This document shows positions 17,655 to 28,117 of a stretch of DNA of 51,253 nt, in pieces. Made by a program: the position numbers and the translations under genes. The stretch comes from Candidatus Bathyarchaeota archaeon (GTDB lineage: Archaea > Thermoproteota > Bathyarchaeia > Bathyarchaeales > Bathycorpusculaceae): assembly GCA_963720565.1 (NCBI GenBank), contig CAVRFW010000011.1, positions 1 through 51,253 of the forward strand, read 5' to 3'. The notes under the pieces were generated by a model. That model was not told the DNA's origin, made no database searches, and saw only the letters and a program-made list of their open reading frames with translations. Position 1 is the stretch's first letter; every line of letters begins with the position of its first letter.

Positions 17655-19539
17655 CTACACCGCCATAGGATTGAAAGTAGGATTAGAAATCCATCAGCAG
17701 CTCAAAACCAAAGAGAAATTATTCTGCAGCTGCAAACCTGGGCTCTTCAAGGATGAGCCAGAAATGACTTTTTTGCGCAGACTCAGACCTACCCAGAGTG
17801 AATTGGGGCAAGTGGACCCTGCTGCATACTTTGAATTCCAAAAAGGCGTCCGCGTTATTTACGAAGCCAAGAGCAACAGCTCCTGCCTCGTGGAAATGGA
17901 TGAGGAACCGCCCCACCCCCTTAACATGGAAGCGGTGGAGACAGTCTTGACTGCGGCTATGCTTATGAATGCTCAACCGATAGATGAGATCTATGTAATG
18001 CGAAAAACCGTCATTGACGGCTCAAACACAACGGGTTTTCAGCGAACATGCGTCATAGCTTTAGACGGTTTCATCAAGGTCAACGGAAAAGTCATCCCAA
18101 TCCAGCACGCGAGTTTGGAAGAAGACGCGGCGAGAAAAACTGGCGATGAACAAGGAGGAACCATAATTCACTATCGCATTGACCGGCTGGGTATTCCACT
18201 TATTGAAGTTGCAACTGGCCCGGTCATCTATTCACCGGTGGAGGCACAGGAAGTCGCACTTGTCATCGGCAAAATCCTCAGAAGCACAGGCAAAGTCATG
18301 CGCGGTTTAGGCAGCATTCGTCAAGACCTTAATGTGTCCCTTCCAAACGGAGCCCTGATGGAGATTAAAGGCGTCCAAGAGCTTGACTTGATCTCAAAAG
18401 TTGTTGAGTACGAGGTCCAACGTCAGCTGGGTCTCATACGAATAGGCCAAGAACTCAAGAGAATGGGAGCCGAACTGGAAGACACAGAACAGTTTTTTAT
18501 TGATGTTTCCGGTGTTTTCAAAGATACGAAGTGTAATGTTATCAGGAAAGCTTTGGACAAAACCGAGCGGGTTTCAGCTGTTAGGCTCTGCAAATTCGCT
18601 GGTTTTCTGAAGCGGGAGCTGATGCCTGGTGTTCGTTTGGGAACAGAGTTGGCGGACAGGGCGCGTTTCTGGGGTCGCGTCGGGGGCATTTTTCACACCG
18701 ACGAAATGCCTGCTTACGGCGTGTCCCCCGAGGAGGTTGCTGCATTGAGAAAAGCAGTTGACGCGGGAGATGAAGACGCAGTAGTTTTCGTGGCTGACAA
18801 GCCAGAAAACGCTAAGGACGCGCTGTTAGCAGTGGTTGAAAGAGCAAAAGAAGCCATTAACGGGGTTCCGGCTGAGACTCGAACGGCAAAACCTGATGGC
18901 ACAACCCGGTACATGCGACCAAGACCAGGCGCCGCCAGAATGTATCCTGAAACCGATATCCCGCCTGCACTGATAACAGACGCGCTGATTGAAAAGGTCC
19001 ATTCATCACTGCCCGAAGCCACTGAAAAGAAACTTGCCCGTTTTATGAAAGAATACAGTTTAAACGAGAAGTTGGCTAAACAAGTTATCGATTCCGAGTA
19101 CAGCGATCTATTTGAGGCAGCAGTGAAGGAGAGCGGCATTTCCGCAACGACCGTAGCAGCCTTCTTAACTGAAACGGTGAAGTCGCTGAAAAGGGATGGA
19201 GTTCAAGTTGAAAACGTTTCGGATGAAGAAGTGCTGAGTATTTTCAAGTCCGTCGGTTCAGGAAGCTTGGCAAAGGAAGCTGTAGCGGATGTCTTTGTCT
19301 GGCTTTCAAAACACGAAGACAAAAGATTGTGTGACGCTGTGAAAGATTTGAACCTCCAGATGCTTTCGAAAGCAGAGCTAGAGGAACTCGTCGACCGGGC
19401 TATTGCAACCAACAAGCAGTCAGTTGACAAGCTGGGCAAGAACGCTTTCGGAATGCTCATGGGCGCCGTGATGAAAGATGTTAGAGGGAAAGCAGACCCT
19501 GATCTCGTCAGCAAACTGCTTAGAGAGCGCCTGAATTGA
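17644..19539 (+). CDS. gatE: Glu-tRNA(Gln) amidotransferase subunit E
   Basis: GLKVGLEIHQQL, IDGSNTTGFQRT, RPRPGAARMYPETD. Confidence 0.97.
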   Translation: METDYTAIGLKVGLEIHQQLKTKEKLFCSCKPGLFKDEPEMTFLRRLRPTQSELGQVDPAAYFEFQKGVRVIYEAKSNSSCLVEMDEEPPHPLNMEAVETVLTAAMLMNAQPIDEIYVMRKTVIDGSNTTGFQRTCVIALDGFIKVNGKVIPIQHASLEEDAARKTGDEQGGTIIHYRIDRLGIPLIEVATGPVIYSPVEAQEVALVIGKILRSTGKVMRGLGSIRQDLNVSLPNGALMEIKGVQELDLISKVVEYEVQRQLGLIRIGQELKRMGAELEDTEQFFIDVSGVFKDTKCNVIRKALDKTERVSAVRLCKFAGFLKRELMPGVRLGTELADRARFWGRVGGIFHTDEMPAYGVSPEEVAALRKAVDAGDEDAVVFVADKPENAKDALLAVVERAKEAINGVPAETRTAKPDGTTRYMRPRPGAARMYPETDIPPALITDALIEKVHSSLPEATEKKLARFMKEYSLNEKLAKQVIDSEYSDLFEAAVKESGISATTVAAFLTETVKSLKRDGVQVENVSDEEVLSIFKSVGSGSLAKEAVADVFVWLSKHEDKRLCDAVKDLNLQMLSKAELEELVDRAIATNKQSVDKLGKNAFGMLMGAVMKDVRGKADPDLVSKLLRERLN

Positions 19540-19732
19540 TGGGACGCCTTTTGCCTTGACATGAAACCTTTTTCCTAATATTTCCTGTTTTCTTTGCCCA
19601 TGCAGATCACACGAAGTCACGGTTCTCTGAGGGCTGTTTTTGAAGACGCAAATCCTAAAAAGGCATAGCATACCCATGTATATCATGGGTATTGCATTGC
19701 CGCAAAAAAGAAATAGAGAACAGGAAAACGAA

Positions 19733-20215
19733 ATGGACCGGGGCAAGTTCACCTTCCGCGTCAAGATTGGAGATTACGAAGTTGAAATAGACGGAACCTT
19801 CGATGAGGTAACAAAGACACTTGAAAACCTTCCTGACATAATTCCGAACGTTCACAAGGCATTTGAAGAAGCTAAACCTAAGACCGTGGCGACTATAACC
19901 GTAAAAACAGAAGCTACGCAGAAAGAAGCAGCCAAACCTGCTAAGGAGACATATCCGAAGATTGAATCGACCGCAGACTGTCAAGAAGCAGTTACTAAAA
20001 TCTTGGAGACGGATTGGGGAAAATGGCGTCCAAGAACCATGGAAGAACTAAAGGAAGTAATGAAAACGAACGAGTTGAAGTATCCTGCGCGTGCCTTGTC
20101 AGACACGCTTAATCAGCTCGAGGATAAGGGAGTTATCAGGCGATGGAACACAAATACAGGTTTCGTTTACATACTAGCTGAGAAGAAGGCTGCACATTCA
20201 GGAGGTGCGAAGTAA
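19733..20215 (+). CDS. Hypothetical protein with probable C-terminal winged HTH
   Basis: N-terminal FRVKIGDYEVEIDG; C-terminal LSDTLNQLEDKGVIRRW...FVY. Confidence 0.7.
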   Translation: MDRGKFTFRVKIGDYEVEIDGTFDEVTKTLENLPDIIPNVHKAFEEAKPKTVATITVKTEATQKEAAKPAKETYPKIESTADCQEAVTKILETDWGKWRPRTMEELKEVMKTNELKYPARALSDTLNQLEDKGVIRRWNTNTGFVYILAEKKAAHSGGAK

Positions 20216-20686
20216 GTGAAAAGAATTGAAGCTCGAATAAAAACACCGTTTGGCGAATTGGTAATAGAAGGGGAAAGCCCTCAAGAAATTTTGAAGATGT
20301 TGGAGATGTTTCCTGAAAACTTTGTCGAGAAGCTTTCCGACTTCGTTTCAAATAGGGTAACACCTTCGGGAGCACAGTTGAAGGGCATCGTTGAAGCTAC
20401 AACTGAAGGCCCAGTGATAATTACGCGTGAAAAGCTCACCCATTATGAGGCTGTTGGCTTAATCTTTTACGCTTCTGAGAATAGAACAAACACGGCGGCG
20501 CAGGTCGCCAAACTTTTGGAGTCTAGTGGAATTAAGAGTATGGTTCCTGCCCGCTTGAATGAGATGACAAAACGGGGTCAAGTGTTCAAGCCTGATCCTA
20601 ACAAACCCGATTTCAGACTGACGATTCAAGGCGAAAAATGGGTTGAAGACGAAGTTCTAACGCGACTTAGAGGCAAGATGGCTTGA
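20216..20686 (+). CDS. Hypothetical protein with probable C-terminal winged HTH
   Basis: ARIKTPFGELVIEG; ARLNEMTKRGQV...FRLT.QG. Confidence 0.7.
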   Translation: MKRIEARIKTPFGELVIEGESPQEILKMLEMFPENFVEKLSDFVSNRVTPSGAQLKGIVEATTEGPVIITREKLTHYEAVGLIFYASENRTNTAAQVAKLLESSGIKSMVPARLNEMTKRGQVFKPDPNKPDFRLTIQGEKWVEDEVLTRLRGKMA

Positions 20687-21192
20687 CGGAACAACAAGAT
20701 AAGGTCAACGTTCGAATAAAATATAAGGATGTCGAAAAGGAATTCTCCGGCACAATTGAAGAAGCGTGGCTTTTGCTGAGCAAGTTTTTTAACGAGTTTC
20801 TTCCCTCGTTCGAGATCGCGAAAAAGCTCTTGCTAAATGTGGACAATCAACAGCTCGCTAAAGATTGTGAAGGGCTAATCGCTTTTTCCAAAGAAGGATC
20901 AAACCTACTTGTGCCAGGCACGAAGTTGACAGACAATGAGACCCTTTTGATGTGGCTTCTGGCAAGCCATTTGGGGCAAAAACTGGGTATTATGGTTGTT
21001 GACACGCTCACGAAGGAAGAGTTGCGGTTGAAACTCGGGAAAAGCGGAAAAATCACTAGCACAAGATTGGGAGAACTGGTAAAAAACTCCTCAGTAACTA
21101 AGACGGAAAATGAAAAATTCAAAATAACAACCTTCGGATTATCTCTGATGCAAAAAGAAATACTGCCAAGGATTAGATCAAAAAAAGTCTGA
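20683..21192 (+). CDS. Hypothetical protein with probable C-terminal winged HTH
   Basis: VRIKYKDVEKEFSG; TRLGELVK...FKITT.G. Confidence 0.7.
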   Translation: MTEQQDKVNVRIKYKDVEKEFSGTIEEAWLLLSKFFNEFLPSFEIAKKLLLNVDNQQLAKDCEGLIAFSKEGSNLLVPGTKLTDNETLLMWLLASHLGQKLGIMVVDTLTKEELRLKLGKSGKITSTRLGELVKNSSVTKTENEKFKITTFGLSLMQKEILPRIRSKKV

Positions 21193-21246
21193 AATATGCC
21201 CATTCGGTCTCCGTTTCAGAGTTTAAATAAGGGAATCATAATCTGA

Positions 21247-21576
21247 GTGGGCAGTCAGGTGCAAACTGAAATGCAGTTAGAAGAGATGAAGAAGGAAATT
21301 GAGTCGTTGGTAATCGCAAAAGGCTTCTACAACAAACCCGAAGACATACCCAAAAAACTTTTGTTTGCCTTTATAGAACTTGGCGAGGCAAGCGATGCCT
21401 GGAAAAAGGGTTTGTCAGAAGAAAAGATAGCTGAAGAACTTGTGGACGTAATATTCTATATCTTGGACGCAAGCCGATTAGCATGTCCAACGGTGAATAT
21501 GGATGCTACGTTCAGGAGGAAACTGGAGAAGAACCTAGGCAGACCGTACCAATATGGAGAAGGTCATCGAAAGTAG
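21247..21576 (+). CDS. MazG-like nucleotide pyrophosphohydrolase
   Basis: ELGEASDAWKK and EELVDV..Y. Confidence 0.88.
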   Translation: MGSQVQTEMQLEEMKKEIESLVIAKGFYNKPEDIPKKLLFAFIELGEASDAWKKGLSEEKIAEELVDVIFYILDASRLACPTVNMDATFRRKLEKNLGRPYQYGEGHRK

Positions 21577-21609
21577 TCACAATACAGCAATACTAGACAG
21601 TGTTTTCAT

Positions 21610-22053
21610 ATGCGGCAAAAAGAGAACTTCAAGAATCCAACAACATTGCATTTCCATTGCACAAAATGTGGATTATGTTGCGGTGACACCAAAGAAAGAC
21701 AAAGGCATATTCTTCTTTTACTAAAAGAGGCACAGGAAATAGCAGCAGTCACCTCAAAACCAATCTCCGTGTTTGCAGACATAATTGATGGCAAAGAACC
21801 TTACACATACGAAATGAAAAAAACCAAGGAAAGTGGTGCCTGCTTCTTTTTGGCAGATAACCTATGCAACATCTACTCGTTTAGACCATTGATTTGTAGA
21901 TTTTACCCCTTTGAACTTGGAAAAGGAGAATCTAAAGAGCCTCAGTTTTCCTTCACAAGAGAGTGTCCAGGAATAGAAAAAGGCAGAATTCTTGGGGCTA
22001 AATACTTCAAAAAACTCTTCACGCTAGCACAAACAAGACTTATGCAAGATTGA
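21610..22053 (+). CDS. YkgJ-family cysteine-cluster (CxxCxxCC) protein
   Basis: CTKCGLCC, C.FL...C.IY..RP.ICR.YPF, CPG. Confidence 0.9.
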   Translation: MRQKENFKNPTTLHFHCTKCGLCCGDTKERQRHILLLLKEAQEIAAVTSKPISVFADIIDGKEPYTYEMKKTKESGACFFLADNLCNIYSFRPLICRFYPFELGKGESKEPQFSFTRECPGIEKGRILGAKYFKKLFTLAQTRLMQD

Positions 22054-22089
22054 AATGCATATGCCTTTTTTCAGGAAAACCGTAAGCTG

Positions 22090-22554
22090 TTACAGATGCT
22101 GTAGCACATCCGCCTTCTCTAGAATGTAACCGCAATAATGGCATTTCAACATTAAGGGTTCTTCGCTCTTCACGTAGAATCTAGTTGACACGGGCTCTTC
22201 GCTGTTGCTGATACATGTAGGATTGACGCATTTTACTGTGCCCTCAATTACTTGCGGCAGCTTAACCTCCAATTTTTCGACAACACAGTAATTACGAATT
22301 ATGTTTATCGAGGCGTGAGGTGCTACCAAAGCGATGCGGTTGACTTCCTGAGAGTTAAGTGCACGACCTTCAATTTTGACTATGTCTTTTACCTTGAAAC
22401 GTTTGCTTGGAACGTTGATGGCGATTGTCATGACTCTTCTTTCTCTACCGGTGATTCCCAGAATCTTGACAACGTCAAGAGCGTACCCGCCGCTTATGTG
22501 ATCAATTACTGTGCCATCCTTAATTTTGGATACACGCAACTCCTTGTCGCTCAA
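22090..22554 (-). CDS. pyrI: Aspartate carbamoyltransferase regulatory subunit
   Basis: L.VSKIKDGTVIDHI, KDIVKIE, C.NP.CI, C.YC. Confidence 0.96.
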   Translation of the reverse strand: MSDKELRVSKIKDGTVIDHISGGYALDVVKILGITGRERRVMTIAINVPSKRFKVKDIVKIEGRALNSQEVNRIALVAPHASINIIRNYCVVEKLEVKLPQVIEGTVKCVNPTCISNSEEPVSTRFYVKSEEPLMLKCHYCGYILEKADVLQHL

Positions 22555-22696
22555 CGCAAATTCCTCATAGTAGAGCTATGTTTTTTGAAGCAAATAAGAT
22601 TTTACATAGCCAATTTACTTTTTCCCAAACGTAATAGAAGCTAGGAGAAGAAACTAGATTTTGCGAGGTTTTGGAAAACGCGGTTGATTGTTGCTC

Positions 22697-22939
22697 TTAG
22701 TATTTGGAAGAGGTTAATACAATGTAGAGAACGTTGTTTCCCCTTAGCAAAACGTTGCCATAGTTCGTGAGCAGCTGTTCATCCTTGCATTCAGTAGCTC
22801 CTTCGAGGAGAATGTTCATGTGGCCATCGCACTTTATCATTTTTCCTTTGTACTCGCAACCATTCTTGAGGACAACTTCAATGTTACCGTGCATTTGTTT
22901 TATTAGGACGTTCAACGGTTTCTTGCTTGGTTCCATCAT
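22697..22939 (-). CDS. Sm/LSm RNA-binding protein
   Basis: V.LKNG.EY.G....D.HMN..L and G.VLLRGNNV; start could also be 22945 or 22936. Confidence 0.92.
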   Translation of the reverse strand: MMEPSKKPLNVLIKQMHGNIEVVLKNGCEYKGKMIKCDGHMNILLEGATECKDEQLLTNYGNVLLRGNNVLYIVLTSSKY

Positions 22940-23115
22940 TGGCATCGTGTTTCCATTAGAGTTGATACATGCATATCCACAATGCATCATATATAAAAGT
23001 TTTATCCATAACATCAACAAGACCTATAAATCTCGTAAGTTAGGGGGCAACCCATAGAGTATTAATAAGGAACCGAGCGAATCTTACAAGATTGTACGTA
23101 CGGTTATGAAAAGCA

Positions 23116-24567
23116 ATGGCTGAAGCTTCTTTCTATCAGATTTTCACTGAAGTTCCGCCCAGCTACATGGAAAGACTATTTGATTTCATTCATCGAAAGT
23201 ATCTTCTTCCCCAGAAAGAGCGTTTTACTGGTTTTCAAAGCGAAACATCAGGAGGCTTTCCAATTCTTTCATACGTTATTCTTGATGCTCAAAAGAACCC
23301 AGTTGTCAGGGTTGAAGGCAAAGGCACTGCTCCGATAGAGCTGAAAATATCTTCTATCTCCGAGTCCGTGTCCGAAGCAATCAGGGACGAGGCAAAGCAG
23401 GATTTTGTTATAGCAGTGCAGCTTTTTGAGGAGCGTGCAAGAAAAGCAACGCTATACTTCGCTTGGCGGGAAGGCGAAGAAATTGTTCCCGAAGAACTCA
23501 AGAAACAAGAAAAGCCTTTTAACAGACTATTCCTCGAAACACAGATTCTCTTGTTCGTCTTGTTCATTGTCGTTGGTATGGCAGTCTTCACTCTTCTAAC
23601 TTTCTTCTATCCTGAGGCATACTCGATTGCCCCCTTAATTCTGGTAGCAGCACAATTTGTGCTTGTTTTTTACTCAGCCAAGTTCATTGCTCGAACAGCT
23701 GACTGGCACATCACTGAAGACAATCCAATTATACACTTGCTAGAATACCACTTGCCGCTAACTGAGCGAGATGATTTCCAACAGACTCATTCTCGGGAGG
23801 AACTGCTGGCCATAAAGAAAGAAATCTACGATGAAATACTAGCCAAACGTGGTAATATTGATTGTGAAGCAGCGGGGAGGGTTTTCGCTAGACACGGCGT
23901 GACATGTCAACCGGAGAACTTGACTGCTAAGAAGGTAGACGTTTACGCCCTTGTTAAGACGATTGCGCAAAAGTTCAATTTTCAAATACCAAAAATCGTG
24001 GTGTCTAACACTATGGTTCCTAATGCAGCTGCTGCCGGTCCGAGTCCGAGCCGCGGAGTAGTCTTGATAACAACTGGCTTACTTGTCCAGCTTGAAGAGA
24101 ACGAGATTCTTAGTGTGATTGGGCATGAGTTCGGCCACTTAAAGGGAAGGGACCCGCTCATTCTGTACGGGTTAACTGCTGGAGAATACCTGTTTCGATT
24201 CTACGTGTTATTCCCATTGTTTCCACTTATTTTCTCCTCATTCCTATTTTTCTTGTACTTCTGGGGTGTGATGTCGGTCATCTTTTTCATAGCAAAGTTT
24301 TTTGAGGCAAGAGCTGATCTTGTGTCTGCCATGGTTATAGGTCAACCTGAAGTTCTGGCAGGTTCCCTGGAAAAAATTGGGTTCCAGCGACTGCTTTACG
24401 AGCGCACGCCTTCTTTCCGTCTCCAAGAATGGTTAGGCTTGGACCCTCACCCGCCCATATACTTCAGAGTAGCCCGTCTTGAGAGGCTTGAGGCGCCTGA
24501 GAAGATTAGGCATCCTCTGATTCAGTCCATCAAGGATGTGTGGGCTGGGTTACGAGCAAGTCTGTGA
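23116..24567 (+). CDS. htpX: HtpX-like M48 zinc metalloprotease with N-terminal extension
   Basis: PNAAA, TTGLL, GHEFGH, EARAD, HPP...R. Confidence 0.88.
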   Translation: MAEASFYQIFTEVPPSYMERLFDFIHRKYLLPQKERFTGFQSETSGGFPILSYVILDAQKNPVVRVEGKGTAPIELKISSISESVSEAIRDEAKQDFVIAVQLFEERARKATLYFAWREGEEIVPEELKKQEKPFNRLFLETQILLFVLFIVVGMAVFTLLTFFYPEAYSIAPLILVAAQFVLVFYSAKFIARTADWHITEDNPIIHLLEYHLPLTERDDFQQTHSREELLAIKKEIYDEILAKRGNIDCEAAGRVFARHGVTCQPENLTAKKVDVYALVKTIAQKFNFQIPKIVVSNTMVPNAAAAGPSPSRGVVLITTGLLVQLEENEILSVIGHEFGHLKGRDPLILYGLTAGEYLFRFYVLFPLFPLIFSSFLFFLYFWGVMSVIFFIAKFFEARADLVSAMVIGQPEVLAGSLEKIGFQRLLYERTPSFRLQEWLGLDPHPPIYFRVARLERLEAPEKIRHPLIQSIKDVWAGLRASL

Positions 24568-24670
24568 GTAAAATTTGGATATTTGCGTGCACTAATAGTG
24601 CGGTACTCAAAAAACAAATAAAGCATAGAACTTAAACTATGTTCATAACCTCAGGGAGATTAGCCAGGCT

Positions 24671-25951
24671 ATGAAATTGATCTTTGTTGTCATTGACGGC
24701 ATGGGCGACATGCCAATCAAGGCGTTAGGCAACAAGACTCCTTTGGAAGCTGCTCTGACGCCTAGCATGAATTCTCTTGCTAAGAATGGCAGAACTGGTC
24801 TAATGTATTCTGTGGGCAGAGGAGTTGCACCTGAGAGTGATGTGGCTGTAATATCGCTTTTGGGTTATGATCCTTTCAAGTTTAGCACAGGAAGAGGAGT
24901 GATTGAAGCGGTTGGGGCAGGAATAGACATGGAGGACGGCGACTTGGCCTTGCGGTGTAACTTTGCAACTTTGGGGAAAGGAAGAGAAATACTCGACAGA
25001 CGCGTAAAGAGAAGCCTCAGTACGGAAGAAGCCGCAGAGTTAAGTCAAGCAGCCAATGAAAACATTACTCTGGAATCTTGTCCATCAACATTTGAATTCA
25101 GGAATACTCTTGGTCACCGGGCTGTTCTCGTTTTTAAGAGTAAAGAAAAGTGTCTTTCTAGCAGGATAACTAACAGCGATCCGGCTTACGACATAGTCAA
25201 TGGCATTGGAGTAGCCACTCCCGACGTTGAGATGGTTCTTAAGAAGAGCAAGCCGTTGGATGAGACTGAAGAAGCCCGTAGCGCTGCTGAACTCGTTAAC
25301 GAGTTTATCGAGAAAAGTCATGAGCTCTGGGAAAGCCATGAGGTGAATAGAAAACGGGCTGCCGAGGGCAAACTGAAGGCAAACGTTGTTTTAACACGGG
25401 ATGCTGGAAACCAGCTGCCGAAACTTTTCAGCATAGACAAGGAGTACAATGTGAATTTTGCTGCTCTCGCGGACATGCAAGCTGAAAATGGGATTGCTAA
25501 GCTGGCTGGTATGCACTCATCTCTTCTCCCGCCTCCATCGGGCAACATTAAGAATGACTGTGAGATTAGAGTGAAACAGCTCCTTGAGATACTGCCGAAA
25601 TTTGATTGTTTCTACATCCACCTCAAAGGTCCCGATGAGCCAGGACATGACGGCAATTGCAAGCTGAAGACAAAGCTCATTTCTGAAATTGACAAATATT
25701 TTTTTGGCAATCTACTGAGACAGGTATCCTTGTCTGAAACCATTTTCTGCATTACCTCTGATCATGCGACGCCGTGCGAACTAAAGGTTCACAGTGATAC
25801 ACCTGTTCCTTTGCTGATATCTGGTGGGGACGTCAAGAAGGATGGCGGTTCCAAGTTCTCAGAGAAGACATGCAGTAACGGGAGCTTGGGCATCTTGAAT
25901 CATGGATACGAGTTGATGCCGAAACTCATGAAACTTCTCAAAAGAAGTTAG
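24671..25951 (+). CDS. apgM: Cofactor-independent phosphoglycerate mutase, archaeal type
   Basis: IDGMGD...TPLEAA.TP, PESD, HLKGPDE.GHDG, TSDHATP. Confidence 0.9.
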   Translation: MKLIFVVIDGMGDMPIKALGNKTPLEAALTPSMNSLAKNGRTGLMYSVGRGVAPESDVAVISLLGYDPFKFSTGRGVIEAVGAGIDMEDGDLALRCNFATLGKGREILDRRVKRSLSTEEAAELSQAANENITLESCPSTFEFRNTLGHRAVLVFKSKEKCLSSRITNSDPAYDIVNGIGVATPDVEMVLKKSKPLDETEEARSAAELVNEFIEKSHELWESHEVNRKRAAEGKLKANVVLTRDAGNQLPKLFSIDKEYNVNFAALADMQAENGIAKLAGMHSSLLPPPSGNIKNDCEIRVKQLLEILPKFDCFYIHLKGPDEPGHDGNCKLKTKLISEIDKYFFGNLLRQVSLSETIFCITSDHATPCELKVHSDTPVPLLISGGDVKKDGGSKFSEKTCSNGSLGILNHGYELMPKLMKLLKRS

Positions 25952-26181
25952 AAAGCGTTTTTCAGCTTTGATAATTCTAACTGCCAAAGAACTATATTTT
26001 AATCTTGGCTACTACCTTCATCTATGTTTTAGCTAGACCCATAATTTCGATGATAGATCCAACTCTTTGAGCGAGGTTACAAAGACCTCACGCGCTGCTG
26101 TTCACGCCGTTAAGGTGTTAAATACTGAAGTTCGATATACGAAGTTCTACAAAATCCTGCTGGCTTACCTTCGCGTTTCGA

Positions 26182-26646
26182 TTATGGTTTCTTGCTCAGC
26201 ATAATGAAAACGGCAACACCGCCTACGCAGACAACAGCTATGAGCATGGTCATGAAATACATCTGTGGCATGTCGAGTATGTAATGGTCAATTTCATAGT
26301 TGAGAGTCACGAGCTTGTTTTCGGCTAAGTCGGTATTTGTGAAATTCAAAATATAATCGCCTTTTTCAGTACAGACGAAAGTGAAATGAAAATTTCCTAT
26401 ATAACCGAAGTCTCTCACGGTCCCGTTGGGGGAAATCATGGAAAATTGAAGGGTGTTTGAAGCTTGTCCGGCAACTGTGAATTGTATTATTACGTGATCA
26501 TCAATAGTGAGTTCAATTGGATAAGTTACTGTTTCACTGTTTGGGATTGTCAATTGGCGTATTGCTGCATGGGCGGATCCCGCGAATCCAATCAGGGTCA
26601 GCAGGATTAGCAGAGAACACGTCAGCAATCTTCTTTCGTTCAGCAT
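26182..26646 (-). CDS. Exported emp24/GOLD-like beta-sandwich protein with C-terminal TM anchor
   Basis: Signal peptide ending AHA; F.I.SPNG, F.F....G.Y.L.F.N pattern; C-terminal TM and KKP tail. Confidence 0.65.
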   Translation of the reverse strand: MLNERRLLTCSLLILLTLIGFAGSAHAAIRQLTIPNSETVTYPIELTIDDHVIIQFTVAGQASNTLQFSMISPNGTVRDFGYIGNFHFTFVCTEKGDYILNFTNTDLAENKLVTLNYEIDHYILDMPQMYFMTMLIAVVCVGGVAVFIMLSKKP

Positions 26647-26764
26647 AAGCTATTGCTCCTGGATTTGAGCCAATAATTCTTATGAATTTGCGATGTAGAC
26701 ACGGGGTAATAACAGGACATAAAGTTTACAAATATGGACATCGACTATATGATTGTGGGTTGCT

Positions 26765-26980
26765 ATGACCTGCTATTTCAGGCATCTCAAGGAAGTCTTT
26801 TTGAAAGCGGATATTGAAGTCACGTCTGATAACAAGCGTGAAATTGATAGAGTTGTTCACGGGTTGATTGGCGTGGAATACAAGCATTGCCCCGATGTTT
26901 GGCGAGAGATTAAGGCTCGTTTAGCTCAAGATGAAGCCGGATTTGTTTTAGCGTTGCAGCAAGCATGGAAAAGTCGTTAG
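26765..26980 (+). CDS. Small conserved hypothetical protein
   Basis: MTCYFRHLKE...CPDVWREIK. Confidence 0.7.
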   Translation: MTCYFRHLKEVFLKADIEVTSDNKREIDRVVHGLIGVEYKHCPDVWREIKARLAQDEAGFVLALQQAWKSR

Positions 26981-27450
26981 ACTTGTGCGAGGGAACGACT
27001 GTTCACAAGCAAGTGTTGATTTTTTCTGACGGTGGTTCTAGAGGTAACCCTGGGCCTGCAGCCTCAGCTTTCATGATTCTCTCTGAAAATTGTGACTTGC
27101 TTGTTAGGAACGCTCGTTACCTAGGCTTGCGAACTAATAATCAGGCTGAGTACGAAGCCTTAATCTCTGCCCTTGAAGCTGCATCCAAGATTGGAGCGAA
27201 AGAAGTTATATGTCATCTGGACAGTGAACTTGTCGCCAAGCAACTTGCTGGAATTTACACTGTAAAGAACTCGGAGTTGAAGAAACTGTGGCGCAAAGTC
27301 CAAGAAATCGCCCGAAGTTTCAAGAAGATAAGTTACATAAACGTGCCCCGGACACATCCCAACATCCAAGCAGTAGACGCTCTCGTCAATGAAACACTTG
27401 ACAATGTATCTAGGCAAAGCTTAGCCGGAAAACCTAAGCACGCGCTTTAA
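26965..27450 (+). CDS. rnhA: Ribonuclease HI
   Basis: SDGGSRGNPGP, TNNQAEY.AL, DSELV..Q, VPR...D.L.N. Confidence 0.92.
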   Translation: MEKSLDLCEGTTVHKQVLIFSDGGSRGNPGPAASAFMILSENCDLLVRNARYLGLRTNNQAEYEALISALEAASKIGAKEVICHLDSELVAKQLAGIYTVKNSELKKLWRKVQEIARSFKKISYINVPRTHPNIQAVDALVNETLDNVSRQSLAGKPKHAL

Positions 27451-27498
27451 TAAGGTACCAGCGCAGGATAATGGGAACAATGGGAATGGGAGAATTGA

Positions 27499-27888
27499 AT
27501 GTTAGTTCACACTAGTGTTCGAACGAAGAACATGGACAAATCCATAGATTTCTATACCCGACTGCTAGACCTCACTCTCATCAGTCGAAGAGAGATTCCT
27601 CAGAACAACGCCGAAATCGCTTTCCTTCGAGATTTAAAAGCAGAAGGAGCAACACTGGAGCTAACTTGCTATCGCACACAAAAGAAGTACATTCAACCAG
27701 ATTACGAGGAGCGCTTGTTTGACCACCTGGCCTTCGAAGTAAAAGATGTGCACAAGAGCCTCGACGCAATGCGCAGCGAGAAAGTAACGATAACGGATGA
27801 ACCCTTCAGGCTCAGTCAAAATGGCCCGCTGATTGCTTTTGTGGAAGACCCCGACGGAACACTTATTGAGCTCATCGAGCGAAAGTGA
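27499..27888 (+). CDS. VOC/glyoxalase I family protein
   Basis: HT..R..NMD.S..FY, LELT, HLAF.V, F..DPDG..IEL. Confidence 0.9.
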   Translation: MLVHTSVRTKNMDKSIDFYTRLLDLTLISRREIPQNNAEIAFLRDLKAEGATLELTCYRTQKKYIQPDYEERLFDHLAFEVKDVHKSLDAMRSEKVTITDEPFRLSQNGPLIAFVEDPDGTLIELIERK

Positions 27889-28117
27889 AGGCCAAATCCT
27901 ACTGTTGTTTGACTGAAGATCCATTAAGAACTGGAGATGCCTCGAAGAGGCGTAATGCCTATCTATATATTTTCTTTTGGTGTCCTTGAGAAGTAGATTA
28001 TATATGAGTGCTGAAAACATTTATGAGCTAAGAGTAAAATCTGTGTGGATTTGAAGGACAGCGATGTGAGTTAATGATGACGAGCAACATTAGCTGGCAA
28101 TCCAGTGCGAACAGCTG

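Noticed and set aside
27930..28117. Riboswitch or C/D sRNA upstream of the ABC permease (hairpin ATGCCTC-GAA-GAGGCGT; ATGATGA box)
   Set aside because: No recognisable aptamer consensus and no suitably spaced CTGA D box.
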